Of a stretch of DNA of 64,000 bases, positions 20,520-28,088 are shown piece by piece. A model generated the notes under the pieces. The model was not told the DNA's origin and ran no database searches. It saw only the letters and a program-made list of their open reading frames with translations. This DNA comes from Eubacteriales bacterium. Lineage in GTDB: Bacteria > Bacillota > Clostridia > Oscillospirales > CAG-272. The position numbers and the translations under genes are program-made. Every line of letters starts with the position of its first letter. Positions within the stretch are counted from its first letter, which is position 1. The stretch covers positions 14,938-78,937 of the forward strand of contig JAZOOS010000014.1 of NCBI GenBank assembly GCA_045655185.1, read 5' to 3'.

Positions 20520-20577
20520 ATTTGGGTGAAACCGAAAAAGAAAAGAGGAACCGATGCTTTATCGGTTCCTCTTTTCT
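20520..20577. repeat. structured intergenic repeat, partial copy U5 (5' end plus first hairpin); doubles as terminator of the DUF362 gene
   Basis: ATTTGGGTGAAACCGAAAAAGAAAA + GAGGAACCGAT-gcttt-ATCGGTTCCTC + TTTTC, abutting the stop codon at 20578. Confidence 0.6.
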
Positions 20578-21735
20578 TTATTTTCTCTTTTGGTGCGTTA
20601 AGATTTTGGCAAGCGCCGTGCGCTTGACCTTCATCGCGCCCACGGGGCAGAATTCCTGGCAACAGAAGCAACGGATGCAAAGGCTGCGGTCGATCCTCGG
20701 CCGCTTATCCTTCATCACGATCGCCTTGGCAGGGCAGACCTCGGCGCATTTTTTGCAGCCGATGCACGCATCCTTTTCGGGAGTCGGGCGGGAGGCCAGC
20801 GCCTTCTCGGCAATTTTCCCAAGCCACTTACCGAGAATACCGGGTAGCTGATTGGCAAATTGCAGGCTATGCCGCTCGGTAATCAGCTGAAAATCATCTA
20901 CGCGGAATTCCGAAAGCCCTTCGGGGGGCGTTTCTTCTTCGTCAAGAAGCCCACGCTTGACGGCGTTCGTAACGGTGGGGACCTCGTTCTTGTTAAGCCC
21001 GATCAGCGAAAGGGCGGCAAGGTCTAAGGCGTAGGGAGAGGGGGAGGCCAGCAGCACGCCGACCTTGCGGGGAGAGCCCGCCGTGGGGCCGTTTCCTTCC
21101 ATCCCGACGACGGCGTCGATCAAGGAAAGGCGGCAGGGGAGAAATTCGTTAAGATCGATCAGCATATCGGCAAATCGACCTTCGTCCGCATGGGTGAAAT
21201 GATACTCCAGCTTCATCGTGCCGGGAATGATACCGAAAAGGTTTTTCACCGCGCCCGAATAACCCATCATACCGTGAGTCTTCAGCTTGGCGAAATTGAT
21301 TACGGCGTCCGCCTTGCGCAGCCAAGCGGCCACCGAGATGCGGCGGATCTCGCGCCCCTCTTCAAAGGGGACCTCTTCAATCGAAAAATCGTCGTTCAGC
21401 TTCGCGCCGACCTCTTCGACCGCGTGCATACCCGATGCGCGGTAGACCTGTGAAAGCCAAACCGCCGTAAAGGGCCCTCCGGGGCTATCCCCCACCGTGA
21501 CCTCGGCGCCCCGCTCGATAAGCAGGGCGCAAAGGGCGCGAACGAGTGAAGGATGCGTCACGGCGGCGCTTTCGGGCTTCATGGGGGCAACGAGATTGAC
21601 CTTAACGGCGATCTTCATTCCCTCGTTTACCCAGGAGAGTGCGCCCGTTTCAATCAGCAAGGAGCGAAAAGCTTCTTCAATGTGCCCGCTCTCGTAGTCA
21701 GAACAGGGCGAATAGTAAACCATACTTTGCATCAT
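20578..21735 (-). CDS. DUF362 domain protein with C-terminal 2x[4Fe-4S] ferredoxin domain
   Basis: 385 aa. DUF362-like N-terminal body. C-terminal CIGCKKCAEVCP and CIRCFCCQEFCP cluster motifs. Confidence 0.85.
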   Translation of the reverse strand: MMQSMVYYSPCSDYESGHIEEAFRSLLIETGALSWVNEGMKIAVKVNLVAPMKPESAAVTHPSLVRALCALLIERGAEVTVGDSPGGPFTAVWLSQVYRASGMHAVEEVGAKLNDDFSIEEVPFEEGREIRRISVAAWLRKADAVINFAKLKTHGMMGYSGAVKNLFGIIPGTMKLEYHFTHADEGRFADMLIDLNEFLPCRLSLIDAVVGMEGNGPTAGSPRKVGVLLASPSPYALDLAALSLIGLNKNEVPTVTNAVKRGLLDEEETPPEGLSEFRVDDFQLITERHSLQFANQLPGILGKWLGKIAEKALASRPTPEKDACIGCKKCAEVCPAKAIVMKDKRPRIDRSLCIRCFCCQEFCPVGAMKVKRTALAKILTHQKRK

Positions 21736-21809
21736 TTGTTCTCAGAGCCGAAGACCTGCTCTATGTAGGTCTTGGCGCCGCTGCCGAAGGTAAATAACGA
21801 GAATTTCAT
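21732..21809 (-). CDS. candidate 25-codon micro-ORF (MKFSLFTFGSGAKTYIEQVFGSENK)
   Basis: ATG at 21809 with AAGGAG 8 nt upstream. Its TGA overlaps the ATG of the DUF362 gene (ATGA). Not in the ORF track because it is too short. Confidence 0.3.
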   Translation of the reverse strand: MKFSLFTFGSGAKTYIEQVFGSENK

Positions 21810-21839
21810 AGAAAGCTCTCCTTACGCGTCCTAAAATAA

Positions 21840-23540
21840 TCAGTCGATGGATTTATCGAGAACGAAGCGCTTGATCTTCTTCGAGGTGTTCTTTTCAAAC
21901 TCCTCATTACGGATCTTGACCTTGCCGACCGCCTTGTAGGAAACGGTACGGGCGTTGATCTTGCGGACCTCTTCTTCAAAGTACTTCTGCACGTCGGTAA
22001 CTCCATCAGCGGTGAGCATCTCAAAGTCGGGATAGATCTCGGCTACGATTACCTCAAGCTCGGGGCGGCTCTTGCTTTCGCCGGCGTAAACGACGGCCTC
22101 GTTGACCCCGCGTACGCGCGAAAGCTCACATTCGATCTCCTCAGGGTATACGTTCTTTCCGTTCGAGAAGATGATAAGGTTTTTAAGACGGCCGGTGATA
22201 TAGATCCAGCCCTCTTCGTCAAGGCGCCCGTAGTCGCCGGTGTGGAACCAGCCATCCTCGTCAAAGACCTCAGCGGTCGCCTCGGGATTGTTGTAGTAGC
22301 CCATCATAACGTTCGGGCCCTTTACGCAGATCTCGCCCTCGCCGTTTTCGTCGGGGTTGTCGATGCGTACCTGCTCGCCAATGATCGGGGTGCCGACGCT
22401 GCCTGCCTTCTGGAACTTGTTGCGGTTGCAGGAGATAAGCGGCGCGCACTCGGTGATGCCGTAGCCGTTCAGAATGGTAAGGCCGATCGCGTCAAAGGTG
22501 TCGATGATATCCTGATTTAAGGCAGCGCCGCCGCAAATAACCATCTCCAGCTTTCCGCCAAAAGCCGAAAGCACGCTGGAGAAAAGCTTGCGACGCAGGT
22601 CGATCCCCACCTTGCGAAGGGCGTTGGAAACCTTCATCATTTTACGAAGCAGCTTGGCCTTGCCTTCCTTTTCGGCGGTGGCCCAGATGCGCTTGTAGAA
22701 GGTCTCAACGAACAGCGGGACAAGGATAAGGTGCGTCGGCTGGACTTCCTTTAACTCGCCAAGCAGATAGCGAAGACCGCTGGAGATGCAGATCTCCGAG
22801 CCCTGCGCGAAATGACCGACGAAGTTGACGGTCGAGCAGAAGGTGTGATGCGGGGGAAGCACGCACATCGTGCGGGGGGTAATGGCGAAGTTGTACATAC
22901 CCTGCGTCATATCCGAAACGATGTTGGTCTGCGAGAGCATAACGCCCTTGCCGGAGCCCGTGGTACCTGAGGTAAAGACGATGGTGGAAAGACGGTCGGG
23001 GTCGATCTCGTAATCGTAATAGGCGTTGTCGCCGCCCGCAAACAGGGCACCGCCGCGCTTGATAAGGCCGCCAAAGCCTTCTTCGGTCATATTGTCCTCG
23101 GAAAGCGAAAGCAGGGTGATGTCTAACCCTTCGATCGCCTTTTGAGCCTTTTCTAAGCTCTCTTCGCCTACGAAAGCGTAAGAGCATTCGGCGCTGCGAA
23201 GGATATACGCCATATCCTCGGGCGGCAACTCTTTATCGATCGGGACGGTGACCGCGCCGACAGACATTAAGGAGAAATACGAGATCATCCAAGAGTAAGA
23301 GGCGGCGCCGATGATAGCTACGCGCTTGTCGGTAAGACCCAGCGCCAAAAGGGCGGTGCCGAGGTCACGCTGGTCGCACTTGGCTTCCTCGTAGGTCTTG
23401 GTGGCCCATTCCTTGTCGTGCGGGTTCTTTTTGTAGGATACCGCGGGTTTATTCGGGAATTTCTTGGCAACGTTTTCGGTCATAATACGAAAATCACGGA
23501 AGACCGTGGTCTCGTATAACGGATAATTTTTCTGTTTCAT
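21840..23540 (-). CDS. long-chain-fatty-acid--CoA ligase (AMP-forming, ANL superfamily)
   Basis: Start trimmed to MKQKNYPLYE. AMP-binding motif FTSGTTGSGKGVMLS. 566 aa. Confidence 0.9.
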   Translation of the reverse strand: MKQKNYPLYETTVFRDFRIMTENVAKKFPNKPAVSYKKNPHDKEWATKTYEEAKCDQRDLGTALLALGLTDKRVAIIGAASYSWMISYFSLMSVGAVTVPIDKELPPEDMAYILRSAECSYAFVGEESLEKAQKAIEGLDITLLSLSEDNMTEEGFGGLIKRGGALFAGGDNAYYDYEIDPDRLSTIVFTSGTTGSGKGVMLSQTNIVSDMTQGMYNFAITPRTMCVLPPHHTFCSTVNFVGHFAQGSEICISSGLRYLLGELKEVQPTHLILVPLFVETFYKRIWATAEKEGKAKLLRKMMKVSNALRKVGIDLRRKLFSSVLSAFGGKLEMVICGGAALNQDIIDTFDAIGLTILNGYGITECAPLISCNRNKFQKAGSVGTPIIGEQVRIDNPDENGEGEICVKGPNVMMGYYNNPEATAEVFDEDGWFHTGDYGRLDEEGWIYITGRLKNLIIFSNGKNVYPEEIECELSRVRGVNEAVVYAGESKSRPELEVIVAEIYPDFEMLTADGVTDVQKYFEEEVRKINARTVSYKAVGKVKIRNEEFEKNTSKKIKRFVLDKSID

Positions 23541-23678
23541 AATAAGAGTTCCTTTTTTATTTTGGATTTTAAAGTGAACAAAAATCAATTTATTATACTA
23601 CATTCTTGTTGAAATGTCAACCCTTTGCATGGTTTCGCGCCCTCTGGAAAAGAAAAATGAAAAAATTTCAAAAACCCC

Positions 23679-23707
23679 TTGCATATTCCGAAAAAGTGTG
23701 CTATACT
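23679..23707 (+). promoter_or_regulatory. promoter of tRNA-Val
   Basis: TTGCAT, 17-nt spacer, TATACT, ending 12 nt before the tRNA 5' end. Confidence 0.55.
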
Positions 23708-23718
23708 ATCATCTGTTC

Positions 23719-23795
23719 GGAGGCATAGCTCAGTTGGTTAGAGCGCATGCTTGACATGCATGAGGTCATAGGTTCAACTCCTATTGTCTCCACCA
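23719..23795 (+). tRNA. tRNA-Val (anticodon GAC), CCA encoded
   Basis: Cloverleaf by eye. Acceptor GGAGGCA/TGTCTCC, anticodon stem CATGC/GCATG with loop TTGACAT, T-arm ATAGG-TTCAACT-CCTAT, 3' ACCA. Confidence 0.95.
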
Positions 23796-23833
23796 AAAAA
23801 ATAACGGCTTCATAATGAAGCCGTTATTTTTTT
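23796..23833. terminator. bidirectional terminator after tRNA-Val
   Basis: A7 + ATAACGGCTTCA/TGAAGCCGTTAT hairpin + T7. Confidence 0.7.
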
Positions 23834-23838
23834 ATCCA

Positions 23839-23943
23839 AGCCGACGAAGGAGGCTTGGCATGGCATCAACGCCCGAGGGCGTTGAATGGAATCACGGCAA
23901 CACCGTGTATGGCATCGGCCAAGGCCGTATGCTTTCGTCGGCT
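23839..23943. other. unassigned 105-nt GC-rich multi-helix element (strand unknown)
   Basis: P1 AGCCGACGAA/TTCGTCGGCT, P2 GGCTTGGC/GCCAAGGCC, P3 CAACGCC-cgag-GGCGTTG, P4 CACGG-caaca-CCGTG. Junction strands are ATGGCAT, AATGGAAT and TATGGCAT. Confidence 0.35.
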
Positions 23944-23996
23944 CAAACTTATACCGAAACAAATTTAGGTTTTTATAAAAACAATGATTTGAGCGT

Positions 23997-24197
23997 TTAT
24001 ATAGTAAGCGGTCGTGTGTCGTTGCTTTCTTCTTTACTTTTCAGGTCAAATTCGGGGAAGCAAAGCAAATAGTAGTCGCATTCGTCGCAGCAGCATTCAT
24101 AGCCTTGCGCTCCGTTGCCGAGGCAAGCGGTGGGCTCTTTGGGCGTGATCTCTACGCCACTGATATCTGTCACTGTTTCGAAAATACCTATATTCAT
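23997..24197 (-). CDS. hypothetical Cys-rich small protein (66 aa; C-x9-CCC-x2-C-x5-C)
   Basis: ORF-track entry. Six Cys lie within 22 residues (CLGNGAQGYECCCDECDYYLLC). Weak SD. Preceded by a hairpin plus T-run on the same strand. Confidence 0.4.
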   Translation of the reverse strand: MNIGIFETVTDISGVEITPKEPTACLGNGAQGYECCCDECDYYLLCFPEFDLKSKEESNDTRPLTI

Positions 24198-24417
24198 ACG
24201 TTCACGTCATCGCCATATAAAAAGTGCGCCCCAAAAGGAACGCACCGAAAAAATGCTTCCCCCCTCAATTGTTGTCACACGAATTGCTCCCCAATAACGG
24301 AATGAGAAAAGAGAGAAAACACTTTTTACCAAAGTATTTTCCCGTTTTGGGGATAAATATATGCAATTCATGTGACGATTACAGTTTATCACATTTTCGG
24401 TTTGCTGTCAAGAAAAG

Positions 24418-24451
24418 AGGACAGAGAAGCTAAAATTCTCTGTCCTTTTTG
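24418..24451. terminator. bidirectional terminator downstream of MBL-fold gene
   Basis: AGGACAGAGAA-gctaaaa-TTCTCTGTCCT with flanking A/T runs. Confidence 0.6.
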
Positions 24452-24482
24452 TCGAAAAAACGGGGTTTCCTCGTGGTCTCGC

Positions 24483-25355
24483 TTACTGCGCCCCGAGCAA
24501 TTCCTTATTGATAAGGTTGATCATAATAGAGGTATTGAGGTTGATGGCGTCCTCGGGGGAGACGGTTTTGATATAGCCGTGCCAATATTCGGCCTTGAAC
24601 TCCTCGGTGATCTCCTCCACCGTCTTGCCGGCCGAGAGGGCTTTTTGGATATCGGCGGCCGTCTTTTGGGCGGCTTCCTTCATATGCGTTAAGAAGAAGC
24701 GGGTCATTTCTTCGTCAAGCGGGCCGTAATGGGGCGCGACCATACGCTTGACGGGCAGCTTTTCGACCTTTTCGATCGAGGCGATCGAATCGGCGTAGCT
24801 GACGAGGTAAGAGGGAACGATGGTCTTATCCCCATCGTAAACGCCGAGCGTTTCGCAGGAAAGGAGAAGCCCTTCCGCTTCCGAGAAGAAGCCGACCGAG
24901 CAGCGCGTGTGCCCCGGCAGGGCAAGCACTGTAAAGGAAAGATCGCCCGCCTTGACGGTATCCCCCTCGTTGACGGGGATATCGACCCGCAGCTCGTCAC
25001 CCAGAAATTCATAATCGGTGATGCCGCACTTTTCGGCGTGCTTGGAATCCAGCTCACGCATCACCCGCTTGGCGCCGTCCCGCTTAAAGATGCCCGCGGC
25101 GTATTCGCCCGCCACCACCGTGGCATCGGGATAATGCCGCAAAACGGCGGCGCAGCCGAGGGCATGATCGTAGTGCGAGTGCGAAAGAAAAATGAAATCA
25201 AGCGGGCGCTCACCGAGAACCGCCTTGATCTTTTCGGCAACGCCGTGCCCCGAAAAGCCGAAGCCCACGTCGTGCAAGATGCTCACTTTCCCGTCGTCCA
25301 GCAAAAAGGCGCTGTCGCCCTCCACGCTTCGTACGTCGTAGATCGTGATTGCCAT
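24483..25355 (-). CDS. MBL-fold metallo-hydrolase
   Basis: Start at MAITIYDV (ATG 25355, AAGAAGGA upstream; the track start is a TTG). HSHYDH zinc motif. Confidence 0.85.
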   Translation of the reverse strand: MAITIYDVRSVEGDSAFLLDDGKVSILHDVGFGFSGHGVAEKIKAVLGERPLDFIFLSHSHYDHALGCAAVLRHYPDATVVAGEYAAGIFKRDGAKRVMRELDSKHAEKCGITDYEFLGDELRVDIPVNEGDTVKAGDLSFTVLALPGHTRCSVGFFSEAEGLLLSCETLGVYDGDKTIVPSYLVSYADSIASIEKVEKLPVKRMVAPHYGPLDEEMTRFFLTHMKEAAQKTAADIQKALSAGKTVEEITEEFKAEYWHGYIKTVSPEDAINLNTSIMINLINKELLGAQ

Positions 25356-25434
25356 GTCTGTTCCTTCTTTCAATATAATAAGAGATTTATGATTTTTGCT
25401 GTGGCTTTGGGAAGCTGGCCCCTTGCCGCCAGGA

Positions 25435-26160
25435 TCAAAGAATGCGCTCGATCTCCTTTAACGATCTGACGTTATAGGTGATCGCCAAGTCGGTAGGGAT
25501 CGGCTTTTTTGTGGGGTTATAGAAGCAGGTCTGCATGCCGAAGCGGATCCCCCCCGCCATATCGGAGGAAAGCGAGTCGCCGATCACCGTGACCTCGCAA
25601 GGCAGGATCTCTTGCGCGGCGGTTTCATTCAAGCGCTGCATACAGATGCGGAAAAAGTCCTCGCTCGGCTTTTGAAAGCCGATCTCCTCAGAGATAAACA
25701 GATGCGAAAAATACGGGAGCATCCCGCTTATTTTCAGCCGATTTACCTGTTGGTGATACGGGCCGTTGCTGGCGGCGCAAAGAATATATTTTTGGCTAAG
25801 ATAGCGCAAAAGCTCCATGGCGCCGTTTTCGGGAATGGCGCTGTCAAACAAGCGATCCCGAAAGTATGCTTCAAAGGCTTCGCCGTCTGCCTTTATCCCA
25901 AGCTCTGCAAAGATCAGGTTCCAGCGGTTTTTCTTCAATTCCTCGAAATCGATCTCGCCCCGCTCCAGCGATTGCCATAAGCCGCTGTTGATTCGGTTGA
26001 ATACGGCGAACATCCCGTCTTCATACCGATCGATCCCGAATTTCGGAAAGCCGCTTTTCATCGCGTCCTTCACGTATTCGTCAAAGCTTAACAGCGTGTT
26101 GTCAATATCCAAAAAAATCGCCTTCAAGTCGCGTTTTCCCCCTATCCTCGTTTTTGTCAC
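25435..26160 (-). CDS. HAD-IA hydrolase (YjjG-type 5'-nucleotidase-like)
   Basis: DIDNTL motif I, later GDSLSSD motif. The start is uncertain: GTG 26160, or TTG 26127 giving MKAIFLDIDNTL. Confidence 0.8.
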   Translation of the reverse strand: MTKTRIGGKRDLKAIFLDIDNTLLSFDEYVKDAMKSGFPKFGIDRYEDGMFAVFNRINSGLWQSLERGEIDFEELKKNRWNLIFAELGIKADGEAFEAYFRDRLFDSAIPENGAMELLRYLSQKYILCAASNGPYHQQVNRLKISGMLPYFSHLFISEEIGFQKPSEDFFRICMQRLNETAAQEILPCEVTVIGDSLSSDMAGGIRFGMQTCFYNPTKKPIPTDLAITYNVRSLKEIERIL

Positions 26161-26414
26161 GAAGGGCTAAGCCCCCTTCCCATAGGAGACGGTATACAGA
26201 CCCTCGCGATTGGTAGCGCCTCGGTTCCCATCGGGTAGTTTACGGGGTCGAAATACGCTTTGTCGGGGCGGGGAGGGTCTTTTTCAAAAGCATTATAACA
26301 CGAAAGCACCGAAAAAACAAGAAAAAGCAGAAAAGGCGAAAGGAAAAAGAGCAAAAAGGACTGCTTGCGCAGTCCTTTTCTCAAAAGCATACAAAGGTTT
26401 TTACGCTGCCTGTG

Positions 26415-26960
26415 TCACAGCAGCTCTTCGTTATAGACGGCCCGGCTACCGCCGATGAACTTCGGGCGGGTACGGGCGGCCAGAACGGTTGCTTCGCCGA
26501 TCTTATTGTTGGTGAGCCGAAGCGGGACCGCCACCCTTTTCAGATGCATGCCGATCAAGGTGAAGCCGATATCAATGCCGGCATCGGCTCGAATCTCTTC
26601 TACGACCACGGGGCACTTAAATCGGGCGTAGGCCGCCGTAGCCATAGATCCGCCTGCCTTTGGTTGCGGTATGACGTTAACCGCTTCCGCAAACGGAAGG
26701 GCCTCCCGCTCTATGACGATCGCGCGGTTCAGATGCTCGCAGCACTGAAAAGCAAGATGGATACGGTATTCTTTTGCAACCGCGTAAAGGGCTTCAAATA
26801 CGGTCTTGGCTACCTCGGGGTCAGAATCGGTCCCGATCCGGGATCCCACGATCTCACTCGTGGAGCATCCGATCACCACGATATCGCCCGCCCCAAGCTT
26901 TGCCGCCTCGCAAAGCTCTGCCATAACCGCCCTTGCTTGTAGCGTAAGCTGCTCTTTCAT
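26415..26960 (-). CDS. TIGR01440/UPF0340 (YwlG-like) family protein
   Basis: 181 aa. IVVIGCSTSEIVGSRIGT motif characteristic of the family as I recall it. Confidence 0.8.
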   Translation of the reverse strand: MKEQLTLQARAVMAELCEAAKLGAGDIVVIGCSTSEIVGSRIGTDSDPEVAKTVFEALYAVAKEYRIHLAFQCCEHLNRAIVIEREALPFAEAVNVIPQPKAGGSMATAAYARFKCPVVVEEIRADAGIDIGFTLIGMHLKRVAVPLRLTNNKIGEATVLAARTRPKFIGGSRAVYNEELL

Positions 26961-26986
26961 TTCATTAGCTCCTATTGAATAACTCT

Positions 26987-27955
26987 TTACGGATTTATAC
27001 CGACGTAGCCGCTTTCCTCGATGATATACTGTCCTTCATCCGAAAGCATCCAGTTGATCAGCGCGTCTACGTTGGGGTTTTCGTTGCCTTCGTAGGTAAC
27101 GGCATAGACCGGGGCAATGATCGGATAGATGTTGTGCCGTATGCTTGCGGCGCTTGGCGCCACGCCGTTGACCGCGATCATCTTGATATCGGGGTGCTTA
27201 ACAATGCCTTCGATGTAATAACGGAAGGAGTAGCCGATCGAGCTGGTTTGGTTTTTATAGGTCGCCACTTGCTCAATAATGCCGCCCATAAACCCGATAA
27301 GCTCTTCTGTGTCGGGTTCAAGCATGGGGACGTTCCCCATAAAGCGAAGCATCATGCTTTGGCTTCCGCTCCCCTCGTTTCGCTGAAAGGGGACGATCTC
27401 CTCGTCGTTTCCGCCGACCTCGCTCCAGTTGGTGATCTCTCCGGAATAGATCTTTCGGATCTGTTCGGCTGTGAGCGAGGTGACGGGATTATCCTTATGC
27501 ACGAAGAACACGAACGCTTCCCAGCCAAGCTGTGTGTACGTAAAGGTCGTGCCGCATTCTTCGGCGTAGGCTATCTGCTCGGCCGAGGGGGCGGCGCCAA
27601 TAAAGATATCGGTCTTTTTCTCGGCCAGCTTTTCGTAGCCGCCGACCGTGTTGTTATATTCAAATACCCCGTCATAAAGCGTGGTCGTGTTGGGGTAGAC
27701 CGCGTTGACAAAGGCGGAATAAACCGGGAAGGCCGCCGTCGCCCCGTCGATGATCGGCAGATTTTCCGTAAGCTTCAACGTTTTACTGTCGTATTTCACG
27801 ATCTTGCTGTCATCGGTAAAGGGCAGGTATTCGTCCGCGTAGATATAGGGCGCCGTATCTATGCTTTCGGGCCCGAAAATCAATTCCAAAAGCGCGCAAG
27901 AGGATAAGGAAAACAGGCAAACGAGCGAAAGAATCACACAAAGAAATTTTTTCAT
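26987..27955 (-). CDS. PstS-family phosphate-binding lipoprotein (orphan; no pstCAB nearby)
   Basis: Start trimmed to MKKFLCVILSLVCLFSLSSC (lipobox). PBP-like body (GATAAFPVY, NEGSGSQ). Confidence 0.8.
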   Translation of the reverse strand: MKKFLCVILSLVCLFSLSSCALLELIFGPESIDTAPYIYADEYLPFTDDSKIVKYDSKTLKLTENLPIIDGATAAFPVYSAFVNAVYPNTTTLYDGVFEYNNTVGGYEKLAEKKTDIFIGAAPSAEQIAYAEECGTTFTYTQLGWEAFVFFVHKDNPVTSLTAEQIRKIYSGEITNWSEVGGNDEEIVPFQRNEGSGSQSMMLRFMGNVPMLEPDTEELIGFMGGIIEQVATYKNQTSSIGYSFRYYIEGIVKHPDIKMIAVNGVAPSAASIRHNIYPIIAPVYAVTYEGNENPNVDALINWMLSDEGQYIIEESGYVGINP

Positions 27956-27992
27956 AATTTTACCGCCTTTCTTTTTGCTTTTGCTTAATAAA

Positions 27993-28021
27993 ATTATAGC
28001 ATACAAGGCTTTCTTTGTCAA
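27993..28021 (-). promoter_or_regulatory. consensus promoter of the PstS-like gene
   Basis: Minus strand TTGACA (28016-28021), 17-nt spacer, TATAAT (27993-27998). Confidence 0.6.
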
Positions 28022-28088
28022 TGTTATTCCTTCTGTGGTGCCGCGGCGGTGTAGGGGAACCCGTCTTGTAGGGGGCGCTACCACCAAA

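Noticed and set aside
19806-20577. Possible CRISPR array.
   Set aside because: The repeat period is about 220-240 bp. There are no short (25-40 bp) exact direct repeats separated by unique spacers, and no cas genes are in the window.
19941-20680. ORFs of 71-152 aa inside the structured repeat array (19941-20156, 20283-20627, 20324-20680, 20393-20851).
   Set aside because: They have no SD, and the frames differ between repeat copies. Indels between copies are not multiples of three, and the sequence conservation follows helices rather than codons.
24207-24392. 61-aa minus-strand ORF and 66-69-aa plus-strand ORFs (24105-24433) between the Cys-rich ORF and the MBL gene.
   Set aside because: There are no SDs, the candidates overlap each other, and the composition is odd. 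The region is better explained as an untranslated leader or intergenic DNA.
23796-24480. Integrated element at the tRNA-Val 3' end.
   Set aside because: The region is only about 0.7 kb and has no integrase. I found no direct repeat of the tRNA-Val 3' end downstream.
26157-26390. 77-aa ORF with a lipoprotein-like N-terminus (MLLRKGLRKQSFLLFFLSPFLLFLVFSVLSC).
   Set aside because: There is no SD. Codons 2-12 are the terminator hairpin of the upstream gene. The Phe/Leu-rich signal is simply the translation of a polypyrimidine run, and a good promoter for the HAD gene lies inside the ORF. It is kept only as an alternative in a finding.
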